64,000 bases of DNA from Bugula neritina (Eukaryota; Animalia; Bryozoa): assembly GCA_964035545.1 (NCBI GenBank), contig OZ037768.1:5364741-5428740 (forward strand), in the 5' to 3' direction. The notes below the pieces were generated by a model. It worked only from the letters and a program-made list of their open reading frames with translations. It ran no database searches and had not been told where the DNA came from. The translations under genes were made by a program, and so were the position numbers. Below are positions 22,298 to 37,200 of this stretch, piece by piece. The number at the start of each line of letters is the position of its first letter. Within the stretch, counting starts at the first letter, position 1.

Positions 22298-25200
22298 GAT
22301 ACCACATATTTATATGTAGCCTGATGTTTGTTACCACGATAATATTTCCTAAAAGCAGTATTTTTCCTTAAAACTATGGTATTTTCACACCTTACTCTTA
22401 TCACCTCACCAGTTTATTTATAACCCATTCATTTCAGCTTAGCACTCTGTATTGTGTTGTATGTAATAGGTCAAACTCTGTGTGCTTTCATTATCTTGCA
22501 AAATGTGTATTTGTAGTATTTTGTAAGCAAAAATGTCTTTAGCAAGCTAACATAGAATAAACAACTTGCCTGCACTCTGTCAGACATTATCTTTTAGTAT
22601 TGACAGAAACGGATAGTTTTTTGTATTGCATGAACTTATATGTATAAGTAGCCATGTTTTAGTTCTACATATTTTTTAATCATTATTTCATTTCTGTGAT
22701 AGGAAAGTACGTGTATATTGAGTCGTCTGCCCCGAGAACACAAGGAGATGTGGCCAGGTTGGTGACGGGAATGTTTCCCGCAGGCAGAAGATGCTTACAG
22801 TTCTACTACCACATGAAGGGAAGAGATATCGGCTCTCTTGTAGTCTATACGCAAGAGACGGGGTGGGCCAAGTACCCCCGATTGACTAAGAAGGGTGAAG
22901 TGGGTGATGACTGGAACTTAGCTATGATATCTATAAATACCAAGCAACCATATCAGGTAATTTGTATCATCTAAACTACAAATGTTTAGCATTTTTTAAT
23001 TATATACATTTTATTATCACTTGATGCATAATCAATCAAAGCAGGGTATAATTTTATTTATTTTTTATACTTGCTAATAGGTTCAGAGTAATATTTCAGT
23101 GTTATTTTATTCTATTCGATTCATGAATGTTGCTAAAACTTTCATATTTGTTAGAATTGTATTTTAGAGTAGCTTAATTTGCTGAGTAACAAATTTCTAT
23201 AATTTTAGAAGATTTGAATAAAGTTGTGTTTCAACCCGCTAAAACTGAGTACACCACACAAACACGAAAAGAGGAAAATAACATTGCATATTTTCATGTA
23301 AATTTTAGGATTTGTTTTTAAATTTGACATCAGCTGTAATAATATTTGTGGTTTTAGGTAATATTTGAAGGAGTGGTAGGCAAAGGGCTGTACGGTGACA
23401 TTGGCTTAGATGACATCAAACTACTGTCAGCCACTCAAGGTCAGTGTCCTTCTTCCACAGCGTGCACATTTGAGACTGGACTATGCGCCTTCAGAAATAC
23501 TCTCATAGGAGATGACTTTGACTGGACTCTAAACAAGGGAGAGACAAGGAGCTCCAACACTGGACCAACAGTTGATCATACTCTGCAGAACAAGAATGGT
23601 CTGTTCACGTGAAGCTAATATTGTATTACTTACCCTGTATTATCTATATTCTTTAAGAGAGCCTGCCAGATGTTTTAATTTGTTGATGACAGTGTTTTAA
23701 TGGTGTTCAGGAAAGGCGTTGTAGTATTTAAACTATATTGTTTTTGGGAGTTGTCGGTGCTATAGCTATAGCAATACTGTAATGAATCTATAATATGAAT
23801 ATCTAAGTTTTCACTAAATAATATAATCTATACCAATATATATTAACTGTAAACTAGTTTTGTTGCTGTAATAAACTGGTATCTGCATTGTTTTTATTGT
23901 TTTGTAATTTTTCATATTCTAGAAGATTTTAATTGATTTGGATAATTTGTATTATTCCAGGTCAATATGTATACATTGAAGCCAGTACCCCAAGAAGAAC
24001 TGGGGATAGAGCAAAGCTTGTGGGGTATAACAACAACCCCACATCTCTCACCAACTGTCTTCAGTTTTACTACCACATGAAAGGCACATCTATTGGTTAG
24101 AATATACACTTTACTTTATTTAATTCACACAGTACAGTTGAAGTTTCATATAATTTTATAACTTCTAGGGACTAGGAGATCTTCTTGTTTACGAAATTTG
24201 ATAAAGTAATATAATTGATTGACTGTTTTCAATGTTTTTATTGCGTGAAAACAGCATAATTTAAAATTTTCTACTAAAGACAGAATTTTCTAAAAATTTC
24301 AAACTATCATTATGATTAAGTTCTAGAGTCCCACTACTGATTTAAACTGTATGAGTGCTAGCTTACAGCACATGGGAGAGATTTTTCATCTGTTGTTTTT
24401 GAATCCAGGGTCACTTAAAGTAACAATTAAGACCAGCTCATCTGAACAAGATATATGGTTACAACAGGGTGATAAAGGAGATAAATGGAACAGAGGCCGG
24501 GCAGAAATTTCTCCCCAAACCAACAACTATCAGGTGTTGTTAAGATCTCAGTTAATACCAGATGAAAATTAAAATTAAGTACTGCATATTATTAACTCAT
24601 GTTGAATTTAATGATACATGTAAAGTGATACCATAGAGTAATATAAACTATAGTTCATGGGTCATTTTACTTGATTTAGTACACACTGGATATCTTCAGT
24701 TTTTAGCTATCTTTCACAATTTAACTGCTAATGGACATGGGTTTTTTGGCCAAAACTAGTAAAACACCAATAAATACACCTAAATAATCAAAGCTCTTTT
24801 TAATTTTGCTTCATTTCCCATGTTTTTTCCTAATTATTCAGCTACTTTTGGTTGCGGACCGTTACGGTTTTTTTAGTAACGGTCTGCACTCCTAATAAGC
24901 TAAATATATAAGAAAAAACATGGGAAATCAAGCAAAATTAAGAAGAACCTTAATTGTTTCAGTGTATTTATTAATGCTTTACTAGTTTTGGGCAAAAAGC
25001 CATGTTCATTACCAGCTAAATTGTGAAAAATAGCTAAAAAATGGAGATTTCAGTATGTACTAAATTAAGTAAAATGACCCTCATTCTAATAGGTGAAGAA
25101 CTAGCATTTTTGAAAACTTTTAGAATTTTTGTACATTCCTTTAAATCAGATTATTGTTCTAATCACACCTGTAAGAGAAAGTAGTATTGTCACATTTCAC

Positions 25201-28200
25201 TTCCTTAATGCAAGCATTAGGCAGTCATTATATTATGTGACTGCTTGTAGATTGTGTTTGAAGCTATTAGAGGGAATGGCATACAAGGAGACATCGGCTT
25301 GGATGACATAAGGCTAGTGAAAGGACGCTGTGCAAGTAAGAAGCCCTGCTATTATGATATATACAGTTATAAATGCCAGTTCCGTTGATAGTCCACAAAT
25401 TATCATCTATTTTTTGTTGTTTCAAAATAGTTGCACACTGAAATTGCAAGTTATATTAAAAAATATTGGTTTGAATGTTTTAGCTGTTCCTGCTGACGCT
25501 GTTGCCACGACGACTACTACCACTACAACAACGACCACTACGACTGCGCCAGCAGTTACCACGCCAAAGCTCATTGGTGAGTCTTTTACTTTTCTTTACA
25601 TAAGTAGCAAGTATACTTTCCTTAAATTTGCATCAACTTTGTGTATAAATTTAGCTGTTTTTTACAATGTTGAGAAATGTGTAAGGACTGTTAATTTTAG
25701 TTTTGAAGTACAAAATGCTTACTTAAGTTAATAAATTAGTAAAACAATTTTTTTCTGTCCTCTCAACTGTGTAACAGCCTTGTTTAACTCTTGATTCATA
25801 CCCATGACTCTTGATTTCAGGCCCTCAGACGGTGACATGTGATTTTGATGTTGACTTGTGTGCCTGGAAACAGTCTACTACTGATAACTTTGACTGGTCA
25901 CTGCAAAGTGGTCCAACTCTGACTACGCAAACCGGACCTTCTGCAGACCACAGCTCCGGGAGTGAGTAATATACATAGTAGTAGCATATGTAGTAGTAGC
26001 ATATATCAGTAATATACATAGTAGTAGCATACGTAGTAGTAGCATATATCAGTAATATACATAGTAGTAGCATATGTTGTAGTAGGACACATCGTATCAG
26101 TATACATAGTAGTAGTAGTAGTAGTAGTATCAGTATACATAGTATCAGTATACATAGTAGTATCGGTATACATAGTAGTAGTATACATATATAGTAGTAG
26201 TACGTGTATATAGTAGTAGTATATATAGTAGTAGTATATATAGTAGTAGTATACATGGTAGTAGTATATATAATAGTAGTACATATAGTAGTAGTATACA
26301 AAGTTTTACAAGTTATAATATTATGCATTGCTTGTCAATGGCTACTACATATGAATTAACAAGATCACTCATTTATATATAAATTGAATGCAAGGTAGTT
26401 GATCCAATATTTTCTAGTTTTCATCATTGTATTATATTGTAAAAGTTTTTCAACAGGTTTTTATCTTCACAAATATCTTTTTTAGTATAATTATGAAATA
26501 AGTATTTCCAGACTTGCTTAATTGTTAACAAACTGATTGTGAATTTGTTGTTAGAGGGACAGTATGCTTTCATTGAGACAACATTTACTGGAAGTGGGCG
26601 AAAGGCTGTTCTCCAATCCCCGGAGCAACCCGGGCCCACGGGCTGTCTCCAGTTCTGGTACCACATGTACGGCACCACCATTGGCTCACTGAGAGTTTTC
26701 ACTCTGACCGGCCTACGGGAATCCACCTACTGGGTCAAGAAGGGCACTCAGGGGGACAAATGGAGATTTGCTCAAGTTGACTTTAAAGTTGCTGACAAAT
26801 ACAAGGTATTGTTACGTTTATTGTTTTATTCTACAGAAACATTGAAACTCAAAAATCAAAAGTGTTTGAAAAAAACTCTGCACTGATATTTGTAGCAACA
26901 CTAAAAATTTGTATTTAAAATTCTGTATAAGGATCTTGGAATGTATAAGTTTTTTGTGAAGGAATTTGTTACATTTTAAAAGTCTAAAGGTTTTCTCTTT
27001 TATAGTAGTATTTGCATTGTTATATTTTTTTTTTGGTGTAGAAGGCAAGGGCATAGCTATGTGTGAATGGTTCCTTGTCGATACTTTTTTGAGACACTTT
27101 TGAATCTCTACTTTATGCAATTAATATATTTTGTTGTACCAGCACCATGCTGCAGTTCTAAGTGTTTTAATTATGCAACAATGTCTGTTTGCAGAAGACC
27201 TGTAAAAATTGTCTGTAAATTTTATAAAGTTTGTAAAAACTAAACTGAGTTTCCAAGTTTAAAATTTTAGAGAATGTTTTTCAGATTGGTATAGAAGCAG
27301 TGAGTGGGGGGTTCGCTAAAGGAGATATTGCTATTGATGATGTTGTCTTTAGTCAAGTTGGCTGCTCCTCTCTCATCTCTTCCAACACATCTTCAGCTAG
27401 TAAATTCTTCTGTGATTTTGAAGATATTAAACTGTGCGGGTGAGTAATGAGATAAGGTGTTGTTTGTTATTTACATGACTATCTGCTAATAAACTGTGTT
27501 TACATCAAATGCGTGTACAGCCAGGTTAACCATGTTATCAGGAAAGGTGGTCAGATGAAACTTTGAATCAATTTTTTTTCTCATTCCATGTTTATAACTG
27601 ACTTCTTTATATGCTTCAGCTATTATATTATAAATACTATATTATACAGTTATATTATTATATTATGCTATTATATTACTATATTATGCCATTATATTAC
27701 TATATTATTATATTATTATATTTTACATAATACTATATTATGCTATTATATGACTATATTATAAAACAGGTTTCAACAAGACAAGACTGATGACTTCAAC
27801 TGGTCGCGAAAATCTTTAGCTACAAGTTCTTCCGGTACGGGTCCATCCTTTGACCACACCTATGGCTCTGATAAAGGTAAGTTCTTAAGCTACACTATGT
27901 TTGAGACGAAGCTTTTAGTGTTTAGGAGTTGTTTGCCTTTCTGATAAATGTAGCATTATAACGTCACATCGTTCTACAGGCGAATACATGTATATCGAGG
28001 CATCTGGGAAAAAGGCTGGGCAAAAGAGTAGACTTGTCTCCCCTTCGTTGACCATGTCAGGGGATACATGTATTCTCTTCTTCTATCATATGTATGGAAA
28101 ATCTACTGGAAAACTTAATGTTTATGCACAGGTAAATATTACTTGTCTGTATACAGTACACTGTCTGTACATTTATACTCTGCATATTTATACTCTCTGT

Positions 28201-31200
28201 TAACTGTACTACAGTTATACTCTCTGTACAGTTATACTCTTTTCCAACTATACTACAGTCATTACTATTTACCATTCTACATTAAACTACGCTAGTATTT
28301 TATTCTAGTTTGATGATTCGTTAAAAATGAACTTAAATCTAAAGAATTAGTTTTGTGGTTGCTGTTGAATTTAGTATAAGTTTGATTTTCTATTCAAATT
28401 AATATTAATAACCTCACACTTTGGGTGATTTCTCTACATGCAGGTTGGTAGCGCACTCGGGCCTGCTAGATGGACAGAGTCAGGTGATCATGGTGACAAG
28501 TGGGTTAGTGCACAAGTGAAGTTGCCTTTAGCTGTCACATCCAACCCATTTAGACTTGTCTTTGAAGCAACCGTGGGTTCAGGTTGGCAAGGGGATATCG
28601 CCATTGATGATGTCACAGTGCAAACGGGGCAGGCGTGCCTCTCATCTGGAGACAATGGAGGTACTTCCACTAATCTTCATAGAACTTGTGCAAAATTTTT
28701 TTTAAACTATTCACACATTTTAATGAATGATTTTCTCTTTAGCTTTTTACTGTGACTTTGATATGCATGAAATATCTAATAGAGTCTCAGTATTTGTCCA
28801 AATTTAGTAATAAATCATAACCAATGTTTGGAGAAGAGTTTCGAAATTTGAATGACATTTTTTAATTTTGTTTTTTGATGTAAAAACAAGTTGTTTAATT
28901 TTACTTCAGTTGACTGCACATTTGAAAGTGATTGCATTGGCTGGTCAAACACCAAGAATGGTGATATATTTGATTGGATTATCACTAATAAGCTAACCCC
29001 TACGGCCAACACTGGACCAAGTGTAGATCATACACTGAAAAATGATAAAGGTAAGTAATACTTGTTATTGTTTTGTCGTATGGTTCTTGGTATATTTTAT
29101 TAATCGTGTGGATTATCTCAAAATTGTGATTTTGAGTTGAGAATACAACTATATATACAACTTTATACATTATATAAGATATTCGATTATAAATGTTCAA
29201 ACATGTTTCAGAAGAAAGTTTCATAAACTAAAGTATTGCTTTTTCTCCATTTTTTAGATTAAAAACTATTTTAATTCAATAAAAGCTGTGGAAATTTTAC
29301 TTCAATGAGTTCTTGAATATCATAATTTATTTCAAGTTTTTTTCTAAAGACGATTTGACAAATTTATGTTGACAGCTTTTACTCGTATTGTTCTTTATTT
29401 TGACATACTCATCTACTCTAACTCAAAGTGATTGCAGATTATTACTAGTAGCTGATGTTACAGGAAAGTATATGTTCCTTGAGACAAGCTCGCCAAGAGT
29501 TGAAGGTGACAACGCGCTGTTTGTCAGCACCAATCTCGCAGCTTCTACCGGGAGTTGTCTCACTTTCTGGTACCACATGAATGGGAATGACATTGGCATA
29601 CTAAACTTCTACCTGCGCACAGCAGGTAAACACTTTGCACACATTTTTAAACAATCAATGTTAGACTAATTCTAACTTTGTTATTCTCTTGGTACAACAT
29701 ACAATGTATTTTTTAAGCTGTATCTATCATATGTGTGGATAACTAGCCATGTGCGTGTATGCAATAAGGTGATTGTGGTGCAAGTTATGGACAGCTCTGC
29801 TTACAGGTAACAGTGATGCGTTATTATGGAGTCTTTCTGGTAGTCAAGGTGACAAATGGCTGCAAGGTAAACTAGGCATCAAGTCTTCATCTACCTTTGC
29901 CATAGTTATTGAGGGTGTTAGAGGTCGTGGTATATATGGAGACATCGCTGTAGATGACATCACTTATTCAGCCACTGCTTCTTGCACTGGTAATTATTTA
30001 TATTATTCTCAGCTTGGTGTTTTGCTAACACATATAAATATAAATAAATAAACCTTTGAAATTATATAAGGCAAAGTATTATTATATTATGTGGACAATA
30101 CTTTATTTATATGTGACTTGAATCCTTACATCCAATTGTATGCCTATGTAGGCTTATTACTTGTTGATTTATCTAATTTGTTGTGTAAAATGTTTCAGCC
30201 CTACCATCTCAATCTCAAACCTTCCTCTCCAAGACCACGCCCACAATTTCTGGCACAACAGCCCCCAGTCCAAATGGACAAACTAGTTGTGATTTTGAAA
30301 AGGGTCGCTGTGGATGGACTGAATTGAAAGGTGAGCTCAAGCTATTCGGTTTAGAATTTAAGCTAAGTCTTGAATTTCTTTTTGCTCAAAATTAGTAGAT
30401 ATTACTTTTAGACTATATTATTCACATAATTTATTTAATGTTTGTGAGGATCTTTCCCTCTTTCTTTTTATTTGACTTACTTTGATATTATACTTACATA
30501 ATTTATGGTATCTTACACTTAAGTATATTTACATTTACACTTACTTACATTTGCACTTGCATATAAACTTACACTTACACATGCTTGCACTTACACTTAC
30601 ATATTTTACACTCACATATACATTTACACTTACACATACTTACACTTGCATAGATTTACACTTACATATATATGTACACTTACATATACACTTACGCTAA
30701 CACACACTTACATATATTTACATTTACACTTACACACATATTTACATGTATGGGTTGTTATGCATTCCAGATGACCAGTTTGACTGGAAGCGCCAGAACA
30801 GACCAACCTCCACCGGTAGTACTGGACCAGCAAGTGACCACACATCCGGCAAAGGTTACTACCTGTTCATTGAAACCTCCGCACCTCGACGTAATGGACA
30901 GAAAGCTCGCATTCAGTCGCCTACTATTGCTAAACAAAAGTAAGAACTCTGCTCTGTTGGTATTACACGATACTACATGAACTGCTGTTGTTGTGCACCT
31001 CACTGTGTCTGGGTATTTATAAGAAGAATTTTTATTGGCTAATACTATTAAAAGTATTCGAATAGTAATTAGTTGGTTGATACAATTGTCATAGAAATCT
31101 TTAGCTAAATATTATTATGTTGTATTTTTGTTGAATTTTGATTCTGTATTGGAATTGTTAATCAGTAAGTCATTCCACATTTTACACGCATAAATTATGT

Positions 31201-34200
31201 TGTAATCATATTAGTATTGAATAAATCTCCGGAGTCTGTATAAAAGTTCCATTGTTACTAACAGGTCCGGCTCTTACTGTCTCTCATTCTGGTACCACAT
31301 GTGGGGCTCGGATATTGAAGACCTCAATGTCTATGCTAAGAGGAATGGCGGTCTGTTGAACAAACCCCTCTGGACTCGGAGTGGTGATCAAGGGAACGCC
31401 TGGAAGCAGGGTGAAGTGACAATAGCTGCCACAACGGATTTCAATGTACGCAAATCTTTGTAAACTTAGATAACAATAGTTTCTGTCCTGCTAAAGTTTG
31501 CTTGCTGAAAAAGTTGAAATTTTTAAGAAAATTATTTTAAAAAATTAAATAATGGAGCTAATGAAATGAGCATTTTTTCAATATTTAAAAAACTATGAAC
31601 TTGTGAAATATAACTAAGCTGATGATGAACTTTCATCACTTCAAAATATTTGTTTCAAGTATTCCTTAAGTAACATAATCTTCAAAGGCCCAATTTTATT
31701 AATTTATATTCAAATGGTAGAAATATTTTCGAAATGTAGCCATGTAAGGACTTTATTTGCAGAATAACTACTCTATATAATCCAATGAGCTAGTTTATTG
31801 TTTGACTATGAAGCAGTGTATACATAACATAGCCTTTGTTCTCAGATTGTGATAGAGGGGGTGAGAGGTGCAAACTATAAAGGTGACATTGCTATTGATG
31901 ACATTCTCCTCTCTAATGGGGGATGTAAGCCGGTCGCTGATGACGCCTGTGACTTTGAAGATCCACTTCTTTGTGGATGGACTCAGGTAAACACCAACTT
32001 GTTATTTATGCAATATTTTTTGAGCTATCAAAGTACAAGCTTTAAATTTCTATTTGTACAAACTTTTAGTTTTCAGTAAAATTAAACAACTTGGTAAAAT
32101 TTTAAAATTTTTATTTTCAATAATTGAGAAGATAGTTATTATGTTTAGGTCAAATCTGACAACTTTGATTGGACACTGGATTCTGGGAGCACTTCCTCCC
32201 GTAATACAGGACCGAGTAGAGACCAGACTTCGGGCACCGGTGCTGGGTTCTACTTGTACACAGAAACTAGTTTGACACAAAAGGGCTGGAAGGCTCAGCT
32301 GTTGTCTCCCCTGTTCAAGTACCGAACTGACAAGTGTGTTAATCTCTGGTATCACATGTACGGCAAGAACATTGGCTCGCTTGATATCATGCTGAAGACA
32401 AAATCCTCCACGAAATCAGTTTGGAAAACAAGTGGTAGGTTTTGGTTTAAACATATCTGTTAAAATAAACTGATATCATAGTGTTAGGTTAACTGGTAGT
32501 TGATTATCGTTTATTAAAAGGTTTATAAAAGGTATGTTCATTTTATAATTCAAATTTTGCAGGAGATAAAGGGGACAAGTGGCTGCTGACTCAAGTCAGC
32601 GTTCCTGCTGCTTCACAAACCAGTGACTGGAATTTAATCATCCAGGCTACTGCTGATAATGGGGTAGCCGGGGATATGGCTATTGATGGCTTCAAGTTGA
32701 CAAATGGTTTGTGTAGTGGTGATCAGAAAACAACTGGACCAGGTAAGAAATGTTCTATAATAAATTTTCGTTTTATCCTATTTGTATTAATTTCACTTTA
32801 CGTTGGCTTAGAAGATCAGATAAATTGTTGATTTTGAAAGGCTATTTAATGTTGTCTGATCAACAATCATTTAGGTTTCATAGTTTCGTTTATAACAAAT
32901 TAGCAACTAAAATAAATGATACTTATGGACAGTTGATATAGAAATAGGTCCAATATAAAAAGCTTCTCTGTGTATATTTAGGAAAAAAAGTGTTTTTTGG
33001 TAATGATGTTCTCAAAGCTAGAAAACATAATTGTTAATAAAGTTATTTAAATATTACACCAATTTCATGAAAGATTTTGTTTTATAATTTAGTAATAGGA
33101 TATAATGAATGAGGTTTTACTCTGACGAGGGACATAAGATCTTGTAAAAATATAAGATAACCAAAACACATATGAAAACCAAAAAGCAAATGCACTATAT
33201 TTGATGTTCCAGGTGACTGTACATTTGACAGCAACCTGTGTGGTTGGACTAATGCCAGAAATGGTAAAGAAGACGTTTTTGATTGGACTAGAAACAAAGG
33301 TGTCACTACATCTTCCAACACAGGTCCAAGTGTCGATCACACCACAGGGTCTAATAAAGGTATACTTTTACCTGCTACAGTGATCACTCATGCTATTTCC
33401 TACATGCGTTGTCACTACCTAAAAATATTTGCATTAGATAATTTGCTTACAGCCTTTTACGCTGCATTTCTGTTATAACCTTTAATGTTACAAACGTGTG
33501 GCCCATGGGAATATAACTCTGTTATGAATGTTCTATTGCAGGTGCTTATGTGTTTATTGAAGCAAGCTCTCCACGAAAACTCGGTGATAATGCTATACTT
33601 TTCTCACCGTCATTCCAACCTGGAAAAGACAGATGCGTTACATTCTGGTAAGAAATAAATAGTAAAAGTACTGTGTATTCGCTTTTTAGTAACAATACTA
33701 CAGCTCGTTTGTTTGGTACATAGTTTCTATAGCTGCGGTATTTGTCAGTTTTATTTTAAATTCTTGTTCTTTTAAACTATTGGTATATTTGTCTATTAAT
33801 GTGCAGCTCAATGTGTTGTTAGGTACCACATGTCAGGCAGCGGCATCGGCTCACTCAATGTCATTGTTGAGTCACCCAACAACAAGAAGTCGGCCACTAT
33901 CTGGTCTATACTAAATGACCAGGGAAAGAACTGGCTGCAAGCCACAGTGCCAGTACCTGCACAGGATTGGATACAAGACTACCAGGTCAGAGGTCACTTC
34001 TCATTTCCTGTTATGTTTTAGTGATGTCACATGTTAAGTCTGTTATAAGCTATGCCAACTGAAAAGTATAGCTATGTTATAAATTAGGCTAGAAATTATT
34101 TTCAATGACGTATTTAGTTGTTTCTCTTGTAATACTTTCAGTTATTACTTAATTTTACTGATTAGCATGTGTTTTTTACTTTTGCAATATGGACAATGTA

Positions 34201-37200
34201 TTTTTAGATAAAATTTGAAGCCACGGTTGGAAAGTCAGCGTTTGGAGATATTTCCCTGGACGATGTTCTAATTCAAGATAAGAGATGCAGTCGTAAGTTA
34301 TTGGGGACTTATTTTCAGATGTTTAGACAAAGCTGTAATATTTTCATACAGAAAATATAAAAAGTTGATACAAATAAAAGAAAATAATAAACGGTTTCCA
34401 ACTGTCTAACTTATTTATTTAAGCAGTTTTCTATGCTGAGAGCTGTTAGCTTTGTTAGTTTAGAGTATGAATATATGTGCGTTTTACTCAATCAGATACA
34501 GCAATTTGTTTATTATGGCGGGTATTATGATTTTTTACAGTAACACCAGCGAAGGCTACTGTCACAACACTGGCTCCAACAAGCACAACTATCAGGACGC
34601 CTTCTATCATCACTAAACCCCCAACTACAACTCCGGCTCCCCCAGGGAAGACCATCAACTGTAACTTTGACTCATCGCTTTGTGGCTGGGTGCAGGATCG
34701 TTCAGATAAGTTTGATTGGACGTCTATCAAGCAGAAGACGTTCACCAGTAACACAGGTAGAGAAGAAGTTTAAAAAGTGGAAAGCGTTTTATATAATTAA
34801 ATCTCAATTGTGTCCGGCTTTTCATCATTTAATAAATATTATTACCTTTCACCAATAATAGCTACAGCACTTTGAAAAATTATTTAAAGTTGAGGAAATT
34901 TTAATGTAATTTTAAATTGTAGTTCTTCAAAAATAATTTAATGTTTAGAAAAGACATTAAACACAAACGCAGGTATGGAAGAAGTTTTAAAGCAAAAGTG
35001 TTTTTGTAATTATCTCAACTGTGTCGTTGTTTAATAAATATTTTTACCAATAGCTAAGAAAGGGAAAATCTAATTTTTTTGAAATTGCAGTATTTTAAAA
35101 AGTAGCTTAATGTTTAGGAAATGTCTCGCTGACTTTTTATAGGCCCGTCAGCTGACCACACATCAGGTAAAGGCAGGTACTTGTATATAGAGACAAGCAG
35201 GCCGAGGAAATCTGGAGATACAGCAGTGTTAACCTACAAGTTCCCTTCACCAGTTAGCGTAGGTTGCTTCTCTCTCTACTATCACATGTACGGGTCTAAT
35301 GTCGGAAGTCTGGCTATCAGCTCAAAGGATTCTCAAGGTACAGTTACAAACTGGTGGGCTAAGAAAGGCTCACAAGGTGACAAGTGGACTAAGATGGCTG
35401 TTTCTATTACCAAACCCATCAGTACCGTGAGTATAGTACATTGTTTGTCTTTTCTTATGGCTGTACCACCTCAGTTACTTCAATACTATATATTATAAGT
35501 CAATTTGTTCAATATATATTAAATGAGCATGCATTATTTGTATTTAGCCTTGCTTTAACTGTAGATATTAATCACTGGGGTGGCTGGCGCAGGAATATTT
35601 GGTGATATCGCTATTGACGATGTTACTTTCACCTCCAAAGATTGCAGCTCTAGTGAGTTTTACTGATGAAGTGCACTTCATTTCTGCAAAGTTTTATATC
35701 ATTATATTTTCTACATAAATGCTCTCTGAGTTAGGATGAATGCTAAATGATGTCATTTATTTTCTGTAAAATAGACACTTGTAAATGAAATAATAAGTAT
35801 ATATATGTTTGTAAAGTCTGTTACCATTTCTGTAAGAAAAACTAAATTAAACAATATTAATTTAAATTGAAATTAACGACCATTATCATTAGATAAATTA
35901 TAGATACTATGTGAAGTTATGCACTGTAAACTTTTACATGTATAATCATAACATACTTACCATGCTCTACACCACAGCAGTTATACAGTGTATTTTACTT
36001 TAGACAGCGTGTCCATTGTTCCAGCTATTTAAATTAAACACTTTATTTTAACTACTTTTGGATTCTCATATAGTTCCAGCAGCTGGATTGCTTACTGATG
36101 TCAAAAAGCTGTCATGTCCATTTGACACCAACCTATGTGGGTGGCAGGTGTCATCTCAAGCTGGTGCCCCAACCTTCAAACTTGTTAAGCCAAGTAAAGA
36201 CAAAACTTTGGGTCCTTCAACTGATTTCAACACCAGAAATCAGCAAGGTGTGTGAATTTACACTGTCTGTCTTTGCTCTTTTTCATCGAATTAAATGCAG
36301 AAAAAATCTTTTCACAAACTTTGACAACTAAAGTTTCTAGTCAGTAAAATTTAAATGAAAAATGATGAAATGTCTTTTAGTTACAAGTGAATGCTGTGCC
36401 ATGCCTCAGTTCATAGCTGAGTTTCCATTGACAAATTAATATATGTAGGAGGATACCTGGGCCTCCCGCAATCGACTACCAAGCAATCATCATCTCTGCT
36501 AGTGTCTCCACCAATTGTTGTGCCTAAAACTCCGCTATGCCTTACATTTGCGTACTCTACTCTGGGAAACAAGGTAGATGCCAATGGCTTTGTTGGTGTA
36601 TATATAAGAAAAGCGGGCACTACTGGTACAGCCCCCTCCAACCTTCGCCTGGCATACAATGTACCCAATGGCTGGAACTTGGAACAGGTCACTCTCAGGT
36701 TAGTCTCTGGGATTTACTAACAACATTCTGTAAGCATTATAAGGAACAGCCATGGTCTAGGGGTTAAAGTGCTTGGCTTAATAAATGTGAAGTCATGGGT
36801 TTGAACCCCAGTAAAGGCCATTGGTGATGTTAGGCAGAGCACCCAGTCATCATTGCTCCTGTGCCACATATGAATAAGTCTTTAGCCCGCTTTAAGAAAC
36901 CCTTTCTATCAGGGTTTCTTACAGGGATGGCGACTATAAATTTTCGCGAGAGAGTTTTTTCTGTAAGCATTATACAAACTTATAATCCCAGGAAGTAGTT
37001 TGTTGTAAAAGTTTTTAAGTTGTAGAGTGCTCTGCAAGAAAAAATATAAATGTTTTTTATTATAGCGATTTCGCAGTTACAAGTTCTACTCTTATGCTGG
37101 TGTTTGTTACTGCCAAGTCTCAACTAGTTAGTTGCACTCATCACTATTACTTTTAGGCCGAAAGAGAATTTTGAGATTGTAATAGAGGGGAAGAGAAACT

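Noticed and set aside
25825-26328. Thr/Tyr-rich minus-strand ORFs of 167 and 92 aa
   Set aside because: Translations of a (TAG)n compound microsatellite.
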